Positions 1 to 10,551 of a DNA stretch of 17,960 bases are shown here, piece after piece. Made by a program: the position numbers and the translations under genes. The stretch is from the NCBI RefSeq assembly GCF_000150275.1, contig NW_002061037.1, positions 1 to 17,960 of the forward strand. The letters are read 5' to 3'. This stretch comes from Trichoplax adhaerens (lineage: Eukaryota; Animalia; Placozoa). The first letter of the stretch is position 1, and each line of letters opens with the position of its first letter. The notes below the pieces were generated by a model. It worked only from the letters and a program-made list of their open reading frames with translations, was not told the origin of the DNA and searched no databases.

Positions 1-429
1 AATACCTACTTGAAAATTCACTATTTCGTCATGATATCGTAAGGATTTACTTTATCTCCAACTACAATAATTCCTAAAGTTGTGCATTTTATTTTTGAGA
101 AGTTCATAGCGAAATGTTACCATAAACTATCAATCTATATCTCAGTTATTTTCATGGCTGTATCAATCAGTTAGCTTTCATTTCAAAGAGCTAAGAAGAC
201 GATATTAGAAATATCGTCATTCTTAGGCCTAGTGTAAGCTGCGAACTTTTAATAGGGGCTTTCGAGATGATGATTATCACCTGTATTTAAGCTTCTAAAT
301 TTTGATCAGCTTAGCTTTTCTTCATATATTAATAGTTAGCTAATATACCAGCTTTATTTCCGATATTTGCCATCAGATCATGAACGTAACTTGAAAAATT
401 AATCTGAATATTAACTATGAGCACTATAG

Positions 430-501
430 TTCTCTTGCAGGTAACCAAGTGTACCGGTTAAAATGTCACCATATCAGCAACTTAATAAATCTGATGGAAT
501 T
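430..501 (+). CDS. Gene 1 LRR exon (72 bp, phase 2-2)
   Basis: tatag|...|gtaaaa; SLAGNQVYRLKCHHISNLINLMEL. Confidence 0.75.
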
Positions 502-805
502 GTAAAAAAGCTATAAGAATTTCTTTAAAAATTTCAATAAAAAGGTTGTATTGTTCTGCTAGTAGTGTGTGGTAACAATTGAGTATGTGACAGTTATTAC
601 AATGAATCCGTTACATAGCAAGATTAATAATGAGTTTACTTTTATTTTAGTCATTTTTTAAAGGCTCTGCAATATTTCTTATTACAAATTTGTAAGATGT
701 GATATCCTGCTATGATCATATGGTTAATGTAAATAAATAATATCATAGTTCATTAGGTCTTTAATATCGGAACTAATTTGACGTATCTTATCTGCTACAA
801 TATAG

Positions 806-877
806 CCGCGCCTCTGCTAATAAACTAGTTGCGATAGAAAATAATACATTTTGCAGCCTCAAACAGCTACAAATGTT
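806..877 (+). CDS. Gene 1 LRR exon (72 bp, phase 2-2)
   Basis: tatag|...|gtaagt; RASANKLVAIENNTFCSLKQLQML. Confidence 0.9.
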
Positions 878-1098
878 GTAAGTTTTTCGGATACTATGCT
901 TTTAATTCGATATGTATACCTGAAGAAGCTGTAAGTGCATTAGTAGGGTAATTTAAAATTGATTTTACTGCAGATATTAAATAACATACTAAGTCTGTTC
1001 CTTAAGAATAGCAAGATTATAAAATCAAAGTTAAACCTATTGAATTTATTAACAATAATGGATCTATCATTGTATATTCGCGTACTTTTATGAATCAG

Positions 1099-1179
1099 AA
1101 ATATTTCCGGTAATCAAATCGTGGAAATATGTGGTGCAAATCTAGACATTGTTGAACTATTTCCCAATATAAGAGAAAT
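1099..1179 (+). CDS. Gene 1 LRR exon (81 bp, phase 2-2)
   Basis: atcag|...|gtgagt; NISGNQIVEICGANLDIVELFPNIREI. Confidence 0.8.
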
Positions 1180-1275
1180 GTGAGTCAATATTATCGGTCT
1201 CGCTATTTCATAAATTTAGATGTGTAGTATATGTCACTAAGAACATGTTATACAATTATACACTGATTTATAAAG

Positions 1276-1347
1276 TGAGGCAAGTGGAAATAATATCGAA
1301 AAACTCAAGGAAAGATATTTTAAAGGATTATCAAATTTGCAAAATTT
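1276..1347 (+). pseudogene. Gene 1 LRR exon with mutated donor
   Basis: taaag|EASGNNIEKLKERYFKGLSNLQNL. The 72-bp boundary is followed by ATATGT instead of GTATGT. The next GT (1352) would give a frameshifting 76-bp exon. Confidence 0.8.
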
Positions 1348-1438
1348 ATATGTAAGGGTAGATTAATATAATTTACTATAGCCGTAAAATACGTATTATC
1401 TCCATTACCTATACGAAAAAGTGATTAAATTTACATCT

Positions 1439-2069
1439 TGTCACAAAACAGCTTTGCAACAAGATAACGCAATATACGATCAATAAGTCAATTCCTTGAA
1501 CCACGTATCAAGGAACGATACCTGCACTATCACGAACACTTTTGCTCTATTAGCAGACTACACAAAGACTTAAACGCCTCGTATTTTACGTTAAACACTA
1601 AGTTGGAGAAATTCTCTTTATTTCACGATATACTGCATTTATATACTACTCCTCAATAGTTCATGAGTCATAGTTAATACAATTAACATTGGAATCATTT
1701 ACTGAATTAGATATTAAGTATAGCTACTGCTCCCTTAATGCAGACAACAGTATTTACGAATATAGACATGTAATGACTAATACAGAATAGTCAGATTACG
1801 ATATGTCCTATCACGGAACATTTCCACCATAATTTACAGTCTACCATAAGTAAATTACAATCACAATGATTCGAATTGTAAGTAGATGATTTGCATTCCC
1901 TATTATAACTATTAATTTCAGTATGTGTATAAGTGTCACTGTCATAAAAAGTCAGTGCTATATTAAAACACAGTATATCCAAATTAGAAGTTAACTAAAT
2001 AAGGATAGTCTAACAGAATTATCCTAACATAGTTATTTCTACTGTAAAACAGTATTTAACACTGTAACA
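1439..2069 (-). mobile_element. Solo-LTR-like element, copy 1 (631 bp), in a gene 1 intron
   Basis: TGTCACA...TGTAACA termini; perfect 5-bp TSD CATCT (1434-1438 / 2070-2074); near-identical to 14454-15087. Minus-strand TATATAAA (1645-1638) followed by AATAAA (1622-1617) suggests the orientation. Confidence 0.85.
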
Positions 2070-2596
2070 CATCTATACTTTGGTGCATAAATAAGTTCGG
2101 TCTATGATGTAAATTAAATTTTATTAATGTTTTACTTCAAGAAGAATTACAGAACAATTAGCATTAACTACGTAAAGCCAGTTTATCTTTCCTTTCTTGA
2201 CTTTGTTTATTCCATATTGATCTTTTAACCTCCTTTAAATGCAAGATTTGCTGGTACATAATGTTAATACGGTATCAATCCAGAAATATATTATTCTGCA
2301 GTCAATTTACTAGCAATGCATTTAGTTAAGTGATCCGACTTTTTATTACCCTAAGCAAGCAATGACTAGATTTCCAACTAAGAATGCTACTTTAGCGTTA
2401 GTTTAAAAGTACGGTGAAAATTTACTGTTTCATTATCAGGGATTAGAATCTCAGTTTGATTTTGCTTGTTTCTGATAATATGCTACTGTAAATAGCGATT
2501 ACTTACATTAGTACATATATACTATTTGCCTTTTAATTCTTCATACTACTAAGTATTACAATTACGGCATCTTATTATCTGCTGCACATTCTTTAG

Positions 2597-2668
2597 AGAT
2601 CTACGAATGAATTTATTAGCTTATATATCTCGAGAATCTTTTTTCGGTCCGCCTCAGTTGGTGGAAAC
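2597..2668 (+). CDS. Gene 1 last LRR exon (72 bp, phase 2-2)
   Basis: tttag|...|gtaagt; DLRMNLLAYISRESFFGPPQLVET. Confidence 0.9.
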
Positions 2669-2766
2669 GTAAGTCAATTCAGTAGTACTTTCCGTCTGCA
2701 TATTTGCATTATTTTATGACTCGAAATTCACTATTTTTTCTGTCTCCCTGTAAAATATATTAATAG

Positions 2767-3873
2767 GTTAACAAACCGTCCTTACTTTTGCTGCATGATA
2801 CCTACTAAAATTGTAACCTGTGAGCCATCGATGATATCCGATACTTTATCATCTTGCCGACATCTTCTTGCTCATATTTCATTACAATCTTTTGTCTGGG
2901 TTGCGGGCTGTCTAGTATTTTTCGGTAACATTATGGTTATGTTATATAATCATTACACCAAAGATACACTTGGAAAAGCTTATATTCTCTTAATCAACAA
3001 TCTGGCTGTATCCGATTTTATCATGTCAATTTATTTATTCATCATAACTTTTGTTAATTCAGTATATAGCAGTCAAGATCAGTACGGCCAACGATCTGAG
3101 GATTGGCTGGAAAAACCTTTATGTATACCACCTTGTATTTTGGTGACTACCTCAAGTTTAGTGTCAGTATTTTTAATGGTGATTATCAGCATTGATAGGT
3201 TTATCATTATCATCTATTCGAACAAAAGAAAACAATTGAGCATGGCTGCTACTCGAGCAATAACAAGTTCAACATGGCTAGCAAGCTTCTTATTTGTCCT
3301 TATCCCCGCGCTATACAGTATCAATCAACCCGGCCACCTAAGACTATATACTTATAATAGCATGTGTACTGTATGCCTAGTAATTATGAAAACCCTTCGT
3401 ACCGTCTTTGGATGATAACTTATATAGTCATCATAATTATTGCCTGGATTATTACTTGCTCACTTTATATTGCAGCATTTATCTCCATACGCAACACTCA
3501 AAAGGCCGCTAGACGATCAGTAACTAATGAAAATAAAGTACTGGCAATACGCCTCTCTATCATACTGCTGACCGATTTAATTTGTTGGCTACTTTATTAT
3601 GTAGTTAATAATTTTGGTTTCGTCACCAGCAAAGGTGTCGATGTTATCACATTACAATTTGTTGGGATTTTTGCTTTACCAATCAACTCTGCTCTTAACC
3701 CATTCCTGTATACTATAACAAGTACAACAGTATTTAAAGGACTATTCATTCATCCAATAAACAATTCGACTAGCTTTACTAACAAGCCACAGAAACGAGG
3801 CCAAAAAAGGCTTTGGAGAGTAACTAGCTCAAAGGTTTTAACTATTGAACAAGTTGATAGTCATGATGATTAG
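2767..3873 (+). pseudogene. Gene 1 terminal exon: hinge + rhodopsin-class 7TM, frameshifted at ~3370
   Basis: Acceptor aatag at 2766, in frame with ORF 2795-3415 (TM1-4), which continues as ORF 3364-3873 (TM5-7). Removing 5 bp gives YNSMCMPSNYENP. Confidence 0.9.
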
Positions 3874-4099
3874 AATAATTATGTCGTAGACTGCAATCAT
3901 GTTATAAAATGCCAGAAATGAATATACCTTAGTTGTAATGCTACGCTCTGTACCGGCATACCAAGAGTAATAAATTCTTCTCAATAAGGATTTTAATCGC
4001 CAACAGATACCAAAGCCTGTCTATTAATTGACTATTGACTAGCTATTAATAAAAATAAAACTACGTATACTGCTTGTGTTGCAATGGAATAGTAATTAA

Positions 4100-5250
4100 C
4101 TAATTATTATACTGATATTGCTATTACGGCCGTTACCTGTGGCAAAGATTCACAAAGAAGTTTGATGAAGCTTTGGCTATTGGGTTACCCTTCCCAGTAT
4201 TTTCAGTCTCTATGTTAAGGCAACTTAATGTATTAATCGCAATTTTCTTTACGAGATAAGCAATCCACACTTCTTAAGCAAACGCTCGATAATTGACTGC
4301 TACATACAATTAACAGGGGCTTCTGAATCCCTCTCAGATTTCAGATATTTCTGCAGTTAGTTTTAGCGTTAGATGATGTGAATTAATATTCTAGAATGTA
4401 TATAGATTATTATATACCATTACTAAATAATAACAGTTGAAATACTAGCACTTTATTAGCAGTAACCTCTTAGTCGGAAAGTAAGGTCCATTTTGAACAC
4501 AATCTTAGTTATAGACTAAAGTATAAGGAACTTCTGAACTACTGGTTAGCTACTATACTCTTTTTCTGTTTTTGCATAACTAGAGTCTTGAAAGGACTGT
4601 TTGTTCTTTGCAAATTAGTATCCATCAGCAGTAACTTAGGGCTAGTAATTACTGTTGCTCTTTGGATGGCGAAATACAAGTAGCATAACATAAATATACC
4701 ATAACGTCGCGACTCATCATAAAGCTAGGAATTCTATTAGCATTACTAGCAGCTTAATTGTTTATAACTAAACAGAATAAAGTAATTTCCCATATTTGCA
4801 TTGATCTCATAGAATATTATACTTGCATGTTATTTTATGACTCTCTGAATAGAACAATTAAGTAAACGATAATCCTATGTAATTGTAGAATTCTTTATTG
4901 CTAGAAGGAAAAGAATGCTGATGAACCCATTGATAACACGGAAAACAATCATCAATGAGCGTGTTATAAATTTAAATTTGTAACGAGGTGTAGTTTTAGG
5001 AATCTTAACTCTATCGTATGACTACTGTAATTAACAGAAGTCATGAAACATGGAAATGCTACAGCTGCAGAAACTAAATTCTAAGAGTTTATTTATAGAT
5101 AACTGTAGTCCGATTCTGAATACTGATGATCTCTTATCATTAGTAGAAATTCTCACACCACTAGTCTCTCTTAAACAAAGCTGAACTCAAAACTTTATTG
5201 AAAAATCAATCCTTTTATAGTCAATCTATATAATCATTACTCATCAGTAC
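4100..5250 (+). pseudogene. Decayed NACHT (STAND NTPase) gene relic A; boundaries approximate
   Basis: One frame, broken by stops: IAITAVTCGK (Walker A-like, 4117-4146), LMKLWLLG, QFSLR, LVLALDDVN* (Walker B-like, 4357-4386), LLAVTS* (sensor-1-like, 4453-4473). Further downstream: VLGIL (4993) and HETWKCY-AAE (5042, resembling HxxFQEFxAA). Confidence 0.6.
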
Positions 5251-5469
5251 TTAGATACTACAGTTTTACAAAAGCATATTAAAAACATGTATGACGTCAT
5301 AGATAAATTAATATCAATATATTTTAAGATAGTTAACCTTAAATAAAATAAAATAAAATTAAATCAGTCAAGTTATGGTCAATCGACATGAATATTATTC
5401 ATCAGTACTTTAATAAGATCATAAACTGATACATGTATAATGCCATAAATATATTAACATTAGCATATC
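5233..5469 (+). repeat. Diverged ~80-90 bp direct duplication separated by a (TAAAA)n tract
   Basis: attactcatcagtactt...acatgtatgacgtcatagataaattaa (~5236-5310) versus attattcatcagtactt...acatgtataatgccataaatatattaa (~5394-5457). Confidence 0.6.
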
Positions 5470-5899
5470 NCAAGCCGAGGAATCTTAAGTAAACTATGTT
5501 ACGGCGGTTATGCAAAGTGATTGCGTACTAGAGCGTCATATTAGCAGCTTATTCGAGCTATTTTCTATTTTGGTTTAAGATTTGACCCTATCATACGGTG
5601 CTTATCAAATCAATAAACTATCATTATGTCTTATAACTACATTCTTGTGTAATGGATTATTTTCTTTCTAGTAATACTGCAGTAAGCGTCAGAACCATGC
5701 CAGCCCGTAGGGGTTAAAATGGTTTTATTGCCCTGCTAATTACGCTTCATAATTAAAATTTGATAATAGTAGAATTTAGGATTTAAATGCGCAGACCTAC
5801 ATATACGCCTAAGTCAAATAAAATCCTTCCTTATTGTCATTCTTAATATTCGAATAGCGTGACCTAAAATATGTTTACGAATTTTGTTTACTAGATATC

Positions 5900-6480
5900 T
5901 ATCTTAGTCAATTCCTAATGTGCTACCCTATCTGTCTTATCTAAACTATCTCTTTCTCCAATCAAAATCAAAAAGTGACTCTACGGGTGCGCTAACCCGA
6001 GGGTGCCTTAATTGTTTTTTCTCTCTTCTTAAACCAATTAGTAGACGTTTGAATGGCAACTTTTTGACCTTTATTCATGCAGGCAACAGGTCTTATTACA
6101 ATATGCTTATAACATTCACCATCGGCTGATAATCTTGTCTAATTTTTTTCTAAATATTAATTATGCAACTATTACGTAATTTTGTATTACCCTTCATTGT
6201 CTGACCTATTGCGGTTCATGCTGCCATCTTTACCGATGAAGACACTTTATGGATATCTCCTACAACAAATTCCATCCTTTTCTCGATAGATCCCTTAATC
6301 TTTAGATTTTCGCTCAGCAAATCATATCAATAGATAGCTATCACATAGTCAAAGCTAAAAGCTGGTTAGCTCATCATCCCTAATTGATTTCGTTTTTGTA
6401 AAATTGAATTCTACTCTCCCTACGATAACAATTGAATTCTTAATTCATTATGTTCTCTTAGTGCCACTGATAAGGCGTTG
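5900..6480 (-). pseudogene. Decayed ribonuclease-inhibitor-type (NLR-like) LRR coding relic
   Basis: Minus-strand peptides NALSVALREHNELR (from 6479), IRDDELTSF (~6384), LLSENLKIKG, IGKDG/frameshift/AIGQTMKGNTKLR (6237-6174) and LLIGLRREKKQLR (~6043-6005) match the IGDxGxxxLxxALxxNxxLxxL pattern. Confidence 0.55.
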
Positions 6481-6919
6481 CTATTCGCTTTGAAAAAAAA
6501 GTCAAAGTTCTGGGAATAAAGTAGAACGATAAAGCTTACTTTCGGTCAATTAGCATGACAGAGACAAATCAATCTTGATTGATTATTCCAGTAATTCCAA
6601 TTAGTGTGCTATGAGTATTGTTTAATTTACTAGTTTTTATATGATGTTTTAAAAACACAAATGTAATGTATTTGCGGGTGCTTGAATAATGAAAAGGTTG
6701 AATTAAACTAGCAAAATTTAAGAATAGAAAATTGTAAATGCTATACTGTCGGTTGCTTGTCACCCCAATCACAAAGATAACTCGTTTGTCGAGCACCATA
6801 TAAGAAAAAACCGTAATGCATTCGAAATTTGATCTATATCTACATCTCAATAATTATAGCTTTTAAGCCAAAATTAGTACTTGTATTGTATCCACTAAGC
6901 AGCGAGCTTAACTCGTTGT

Positions 6920-8900
6920 ATTTACTTATTAAGTAATCTGAACAAGTAATGACGCTTCTATTGCCGGGTAGCGTTACAACGATAGGTTATTGTTGCAATC
7001 TAAATAGAAAATAAAATTGAAAAAATTGAAAGTAACTCGATAGAAACATTTTAAATACTACTAGATATCGAATTAATGGTGAGCTGTTTCCTTGATAAAA
7101 TTTCCCATCAAATAATATGAATTCATGATAATTTACCGTACTTTCAAAGTGAAGACAGCTAATCAATCCATTAGGCATAATATGGTTTTATTCTTTCGAT
7201 CTGTAAAATGGGTGACAAATATCTCACTCTCAATAGTAGAACGTACTTTTAAAATATATCGTTCACCATTAATTTATTATTGTAACGCTAATTATCTAGA
7301 CGAAGTAAACAAGTTTTTGATGGAATACATAAGAGTTAGAATTTAATACAATTGTCAGAAATAATTACAAACTGACTAGCAAATTATCATGATAATGACA
7401 TGACATCGTTAACAATAAAAATATGTTACAAAAATAAATAAATCGACAGCATGATTTACTAAAGTATGTATAAGTTCCTTTTACCTTTCCATTGTTTGTA
7501 CACGCTATTTGCTGATCGTATCGAGTCATATTTATAGTTCGATTGTCCAATATTAGCAATAATAGAACAGGAAGTACAAGATTGCAAGAGAATACAAGAT
7601 CATCATTCCGAAACTAACAGATAGTAAGTCAAATTGTTCCACTGCAGTTAGATTGGTCACCGTTGGAACTTCTGCTCCCGCAATTTCTCTATGCTGTCAG
7701 TGTTATTGTAAGTCTAGCTTATAATTTTTTATATTTCTCAATATAAGTTCATAAAGTTAGGATACTTTAAGTGACGCAAAGAAGAACGTTTTCTTCCTCG
7801 AATCAAACTGGTTCGAAATAGCGTTTTGTTCAAGTATATCCGAAACTTAAACATGAAGTTCTTACTATAGGCATGGTTAACCAATAGTAAAATGCAATAT
7901 TAACTGCATATTCTAAGCTTGAACGTGTTCATAGATTAATCTAAGCAATACAAATTGAAGTTTAACTCGTGAGACAGATCTTTTGGGAAAGTCTTCTGAT
8001 TTCACTACCCATCTTATTCGATGTAATAAGCCTTTTGAAGACTAGAAGTTATAAGCGTTTTTTAGCTGCGAATTTTATTACTTATCAATCATTTCATTTC
8101 GGACTTGACTATATTTGATATTACCGCAGATATTAACATTACTACACCAGAATAAGCTGCCTGCATGTCTAGAAGATATAACAAAAATTTAATTGGCTTA
8201 AGACCACCTGTATAAATACAGTTACTATAAGAGCTTTTATCAAGTCATTTACAGTGGTGTATTCACACTTGATTATTACCTAATTTCGAATTGTATTTTC
8301 TTCGATAAACTCTTAAAAGACTATCTTGTCATCTTTCTTTATACCTTTCATCGATCCATTACGGTCAATATTTAATCACTGAAATAAATTGACTGAATAA
8401 ATACAAAAACTTGACCTCTTGTATGGCCGTAGCAACAGGTTTTTTTCGCCTTTCAATTATGTTAGCCTAATACAATGGCTTTCAAGTACTCCTATTTGAA
8501 TAAAAAAAATCTTAGACATTCCTATACAATATGTAAAAAAGTTTCATGATCATTTCATAGCTTGTAAAACTACCGCCAGCTTTGTTTTGAATATAGCGTT
8601 AAAATCATTTTCGTTGTCAGAACTTGGCATTATTACCTAACGACACGGGGGCAAACATCGATCAAAGCTATCTTAGAAAGATGGTAATAAAACTCTTGTA
8701 GATAAACCAAACTGAAAACGGCACCAAATCACGGGTTCTATAGAATGCATGACAGCTTTAAAGAATAACTATAAATTTAAGTAATTAAGTTTTAACACTA
8801 TGGCCAAGAAATCGATTTATCTTTTTTATCAAAATACTGTTAATGATTCAATCTTAATTCGTGAACCTTCGACTCAATCTTTTTGACTTTCTTGGAGCTT
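6920..8900 (+). pseudogene. Decayed NACHT + LRR-like gene relic B
   Basis: LLIK*SEQVMTLL (6922-6960; three single-base changes restore xSGQGKT), VLFF-c-D (7185-7200), FIIVT[7 bp]SR (7273-7300), TFPLFVHAIC (7483-7512), RSYKRFLAANFI (8044-8079), IQKLDL (8401), ALKNNYKFK*LSFN (8755-8796). Confidence 0.55.
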
Positions 8901-8959
8901 TGTCAATGATACTTTCGACATTAATCTCTGTTATACACTTTACGCCTTCAAATTATAGT

Positions 8960-10515
8960 AGCCTAATCTAACAATTTTACTGGACTCCTATTTTGGTAAT
9001 AAAAATCTCAGGCATTTCTATGTAAATTTGTCAAAAAACAAACTTCGGGGCAAAGATAACGTAAAACAAATCTCTAAATCTCTAAATCTCTAAATTACTA
9101 TAGTCTCTGAGATTCAGTATCCCTTAACTACCTCAAAAGAATTTAGACACCTTTGCTTCTACGTTACATCATTATGATATATACCAATCACGAGATTCCA
9201 AATTTTAGAAAAATAAGGGCTTTATTGAATCTTATACATAGATTAACTACACACAGCTCTACTCTAGCCGAATACTACTTCTAAAGACTTCTACAACGAA
9301 CTAACAGAATAATCTAAAGTTGCATGCTTTTATACTTTCCGTAGCATTCGCAGCTACAATCCGCATAGCAACCTTTTACCTTATTTTACACGTAGTTAAA
9401 TTATTCTTAGTAAGACTATTCTACTGTGGACCATCATTAATCCAATATGGATACGACTACAGTACTTACGTAGACATCATTCACACTAGCCAAAGTACAA
9501 TCAATTAATCATATCCTAATATATGATTTACAGTTCTATTTTTACCTATAGCCTTATTAGTAACTCAACAGCTTACTGTATATAGTCATCTGTACTCTAG
9601 CATAGAGTCTCTACCACTACAGTCTATAGTTACAGCTACCAAATATCTCTTAGGATAAATATCTGATGTACATTATACTAAACATGGCTAACAGTCTACA
9701 ATCACAATACTAAGTTACATTACAATCATCTATAAAACTCTTCTTTTATTCAACTATTTGCCGAGCTTAAATACCTTTCGACAGCGCTATCATGTATGAG
9801 TCATAACAGTTCACGATTTTTAGCTCATATTGGATAGCTAAATTAATACGGACATTATTCATAATTTTGGACTTTTACTGAACGATTCTAGATAATTAGA
9901 CTACAGTATGTCCACACACAGTATTATTTATAGTATCATCTATAATTGAATATCTTCAGGATCTTCATCACAAGCGTTACAAGACATAACACTATCATCA
10001 ATTAATGTTAATTACCTTCTGAGAACTCTTACTACAATACAATATAATTTACTGTAATAAAATAATAACTACTGTAGTTCTTACTGTAAGTCATTTCTAG
10101 TTATCTCCATATATAAATGCCAAACACTAAATTTAGTCATTTACTCTTCACGGTGGTTCATACTGTGACAAAAAAGCTCCTTGATCATTTCATATCCACA
10201 AGGAATGACAATAGTCCTATTCTGAATGTAACGCAAAATTAAATTTGTCGTAGAAAGATGACATAATTAGCAGACGTAAGGAACATCTACCAAAATCAAC
10301 TGAGAAAAGTGATAATCAAATTATTTGCGATTAACTAATCTGAAAACATTACCAAATCATGGGCTCCATATCCACGGTGACAACTTACAAGAATAACTAT
10401 AAGTTTTAGTATTCAACTTAAACACTGTAGCCATGAGATTGCTTAGCCTTTCTTGTAAAAATATTACTAAATGTTTAATTTTAATTCATGAAGCTTCAAC
10501 TCAATCCTTTTGACT
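8960..10515 (+). pseudogene. Decayed NACHT + LRR-like gene relic C, 5'-truncated paralog of relic B
   Basis: PNLTILLDSY (8962-8991), LCFYVTS (9151-9171), KGF (9215-9223), FYTF (9328-9339, aligning with PFTFP of relic B), HNS..FLA/YWIA (9802-9839), LQDIT (~9977, versus LEDIT at ~8169). DNA similarity between ~10165-10515 and ~8531-8890. Confidence 0.55.
9068..9095 (+). repeat. Short tandem repeat (AAATCTCT)x3.5
   Basis: Read directly from the sequence. Confidence 0.9.
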
Positions 10516-10551
10516 ACGGTGAGGTAAATTAATTAATATGCGGTAGCTAAA

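Larger units (their letters stand above)
430..3873 (+). pseudogene. Gene 1: LRR-containing GPCR (LGR, type-C/RXFP/GRL101-like 7TM), 5' end outside window, probably pseudogenised
   Basis: LRR exons 430-501, 806-877, 1099-1179, 1276-1347 and 2597-2668, then terminal exon 2767-3873. Hinge: YFCC..C.P..DTLSSC.HLL. TM motifs: NLAVSDF (TM2), DRF (TM3), TDLICW (TM6), LPINSALNPFLY (TM7). Lesions: 5-bp insertion at ~3368-3372, AT instead of GT donor at 1348, CWxP to CWLL. Confidence 0.85.

Noticed and set aside
1-233. Possible gene 1 exons ending at GT donors 39 and 234
   Set aside because: No convincing LRR register or phase-2 72-bp fit; the first is cut by the window edge
1791-1982. 63-aa minus-strand ORF
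   Set aside because: Lies inside the LTR-like element, and the frame is broken by a 2-bp indel in copy 2
2795-3873. Two separate membrane-protein genes, or a programmed frameshift
   Set aside because: They are halves of one 7TM split by a 5-bp insertion; no slippery heptamer, and other inactivating lesions exist
5700-5718. piggyBac-like end (AGGGG-TTAA)
   Set aside because: No matching inverted partner end found nearby
5920-9508. Short ORFs 5920-6129, 6569-6850, 6987-7178, 7125-7346, 7365-7559 and 9320-9508 as genes
   Set aside because: No recognisable products; most are antisense shadows or partial frames of the decayed NACHT/LRR relics
8520-10515. Mitochondrial or bacterial insert using TGA=Trp (shared TGA codons)
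   Set aside because: TAA/TAG stops and frameshifts also interrupt the frames, and the motifs point to nuclear NACHT-LRR genes
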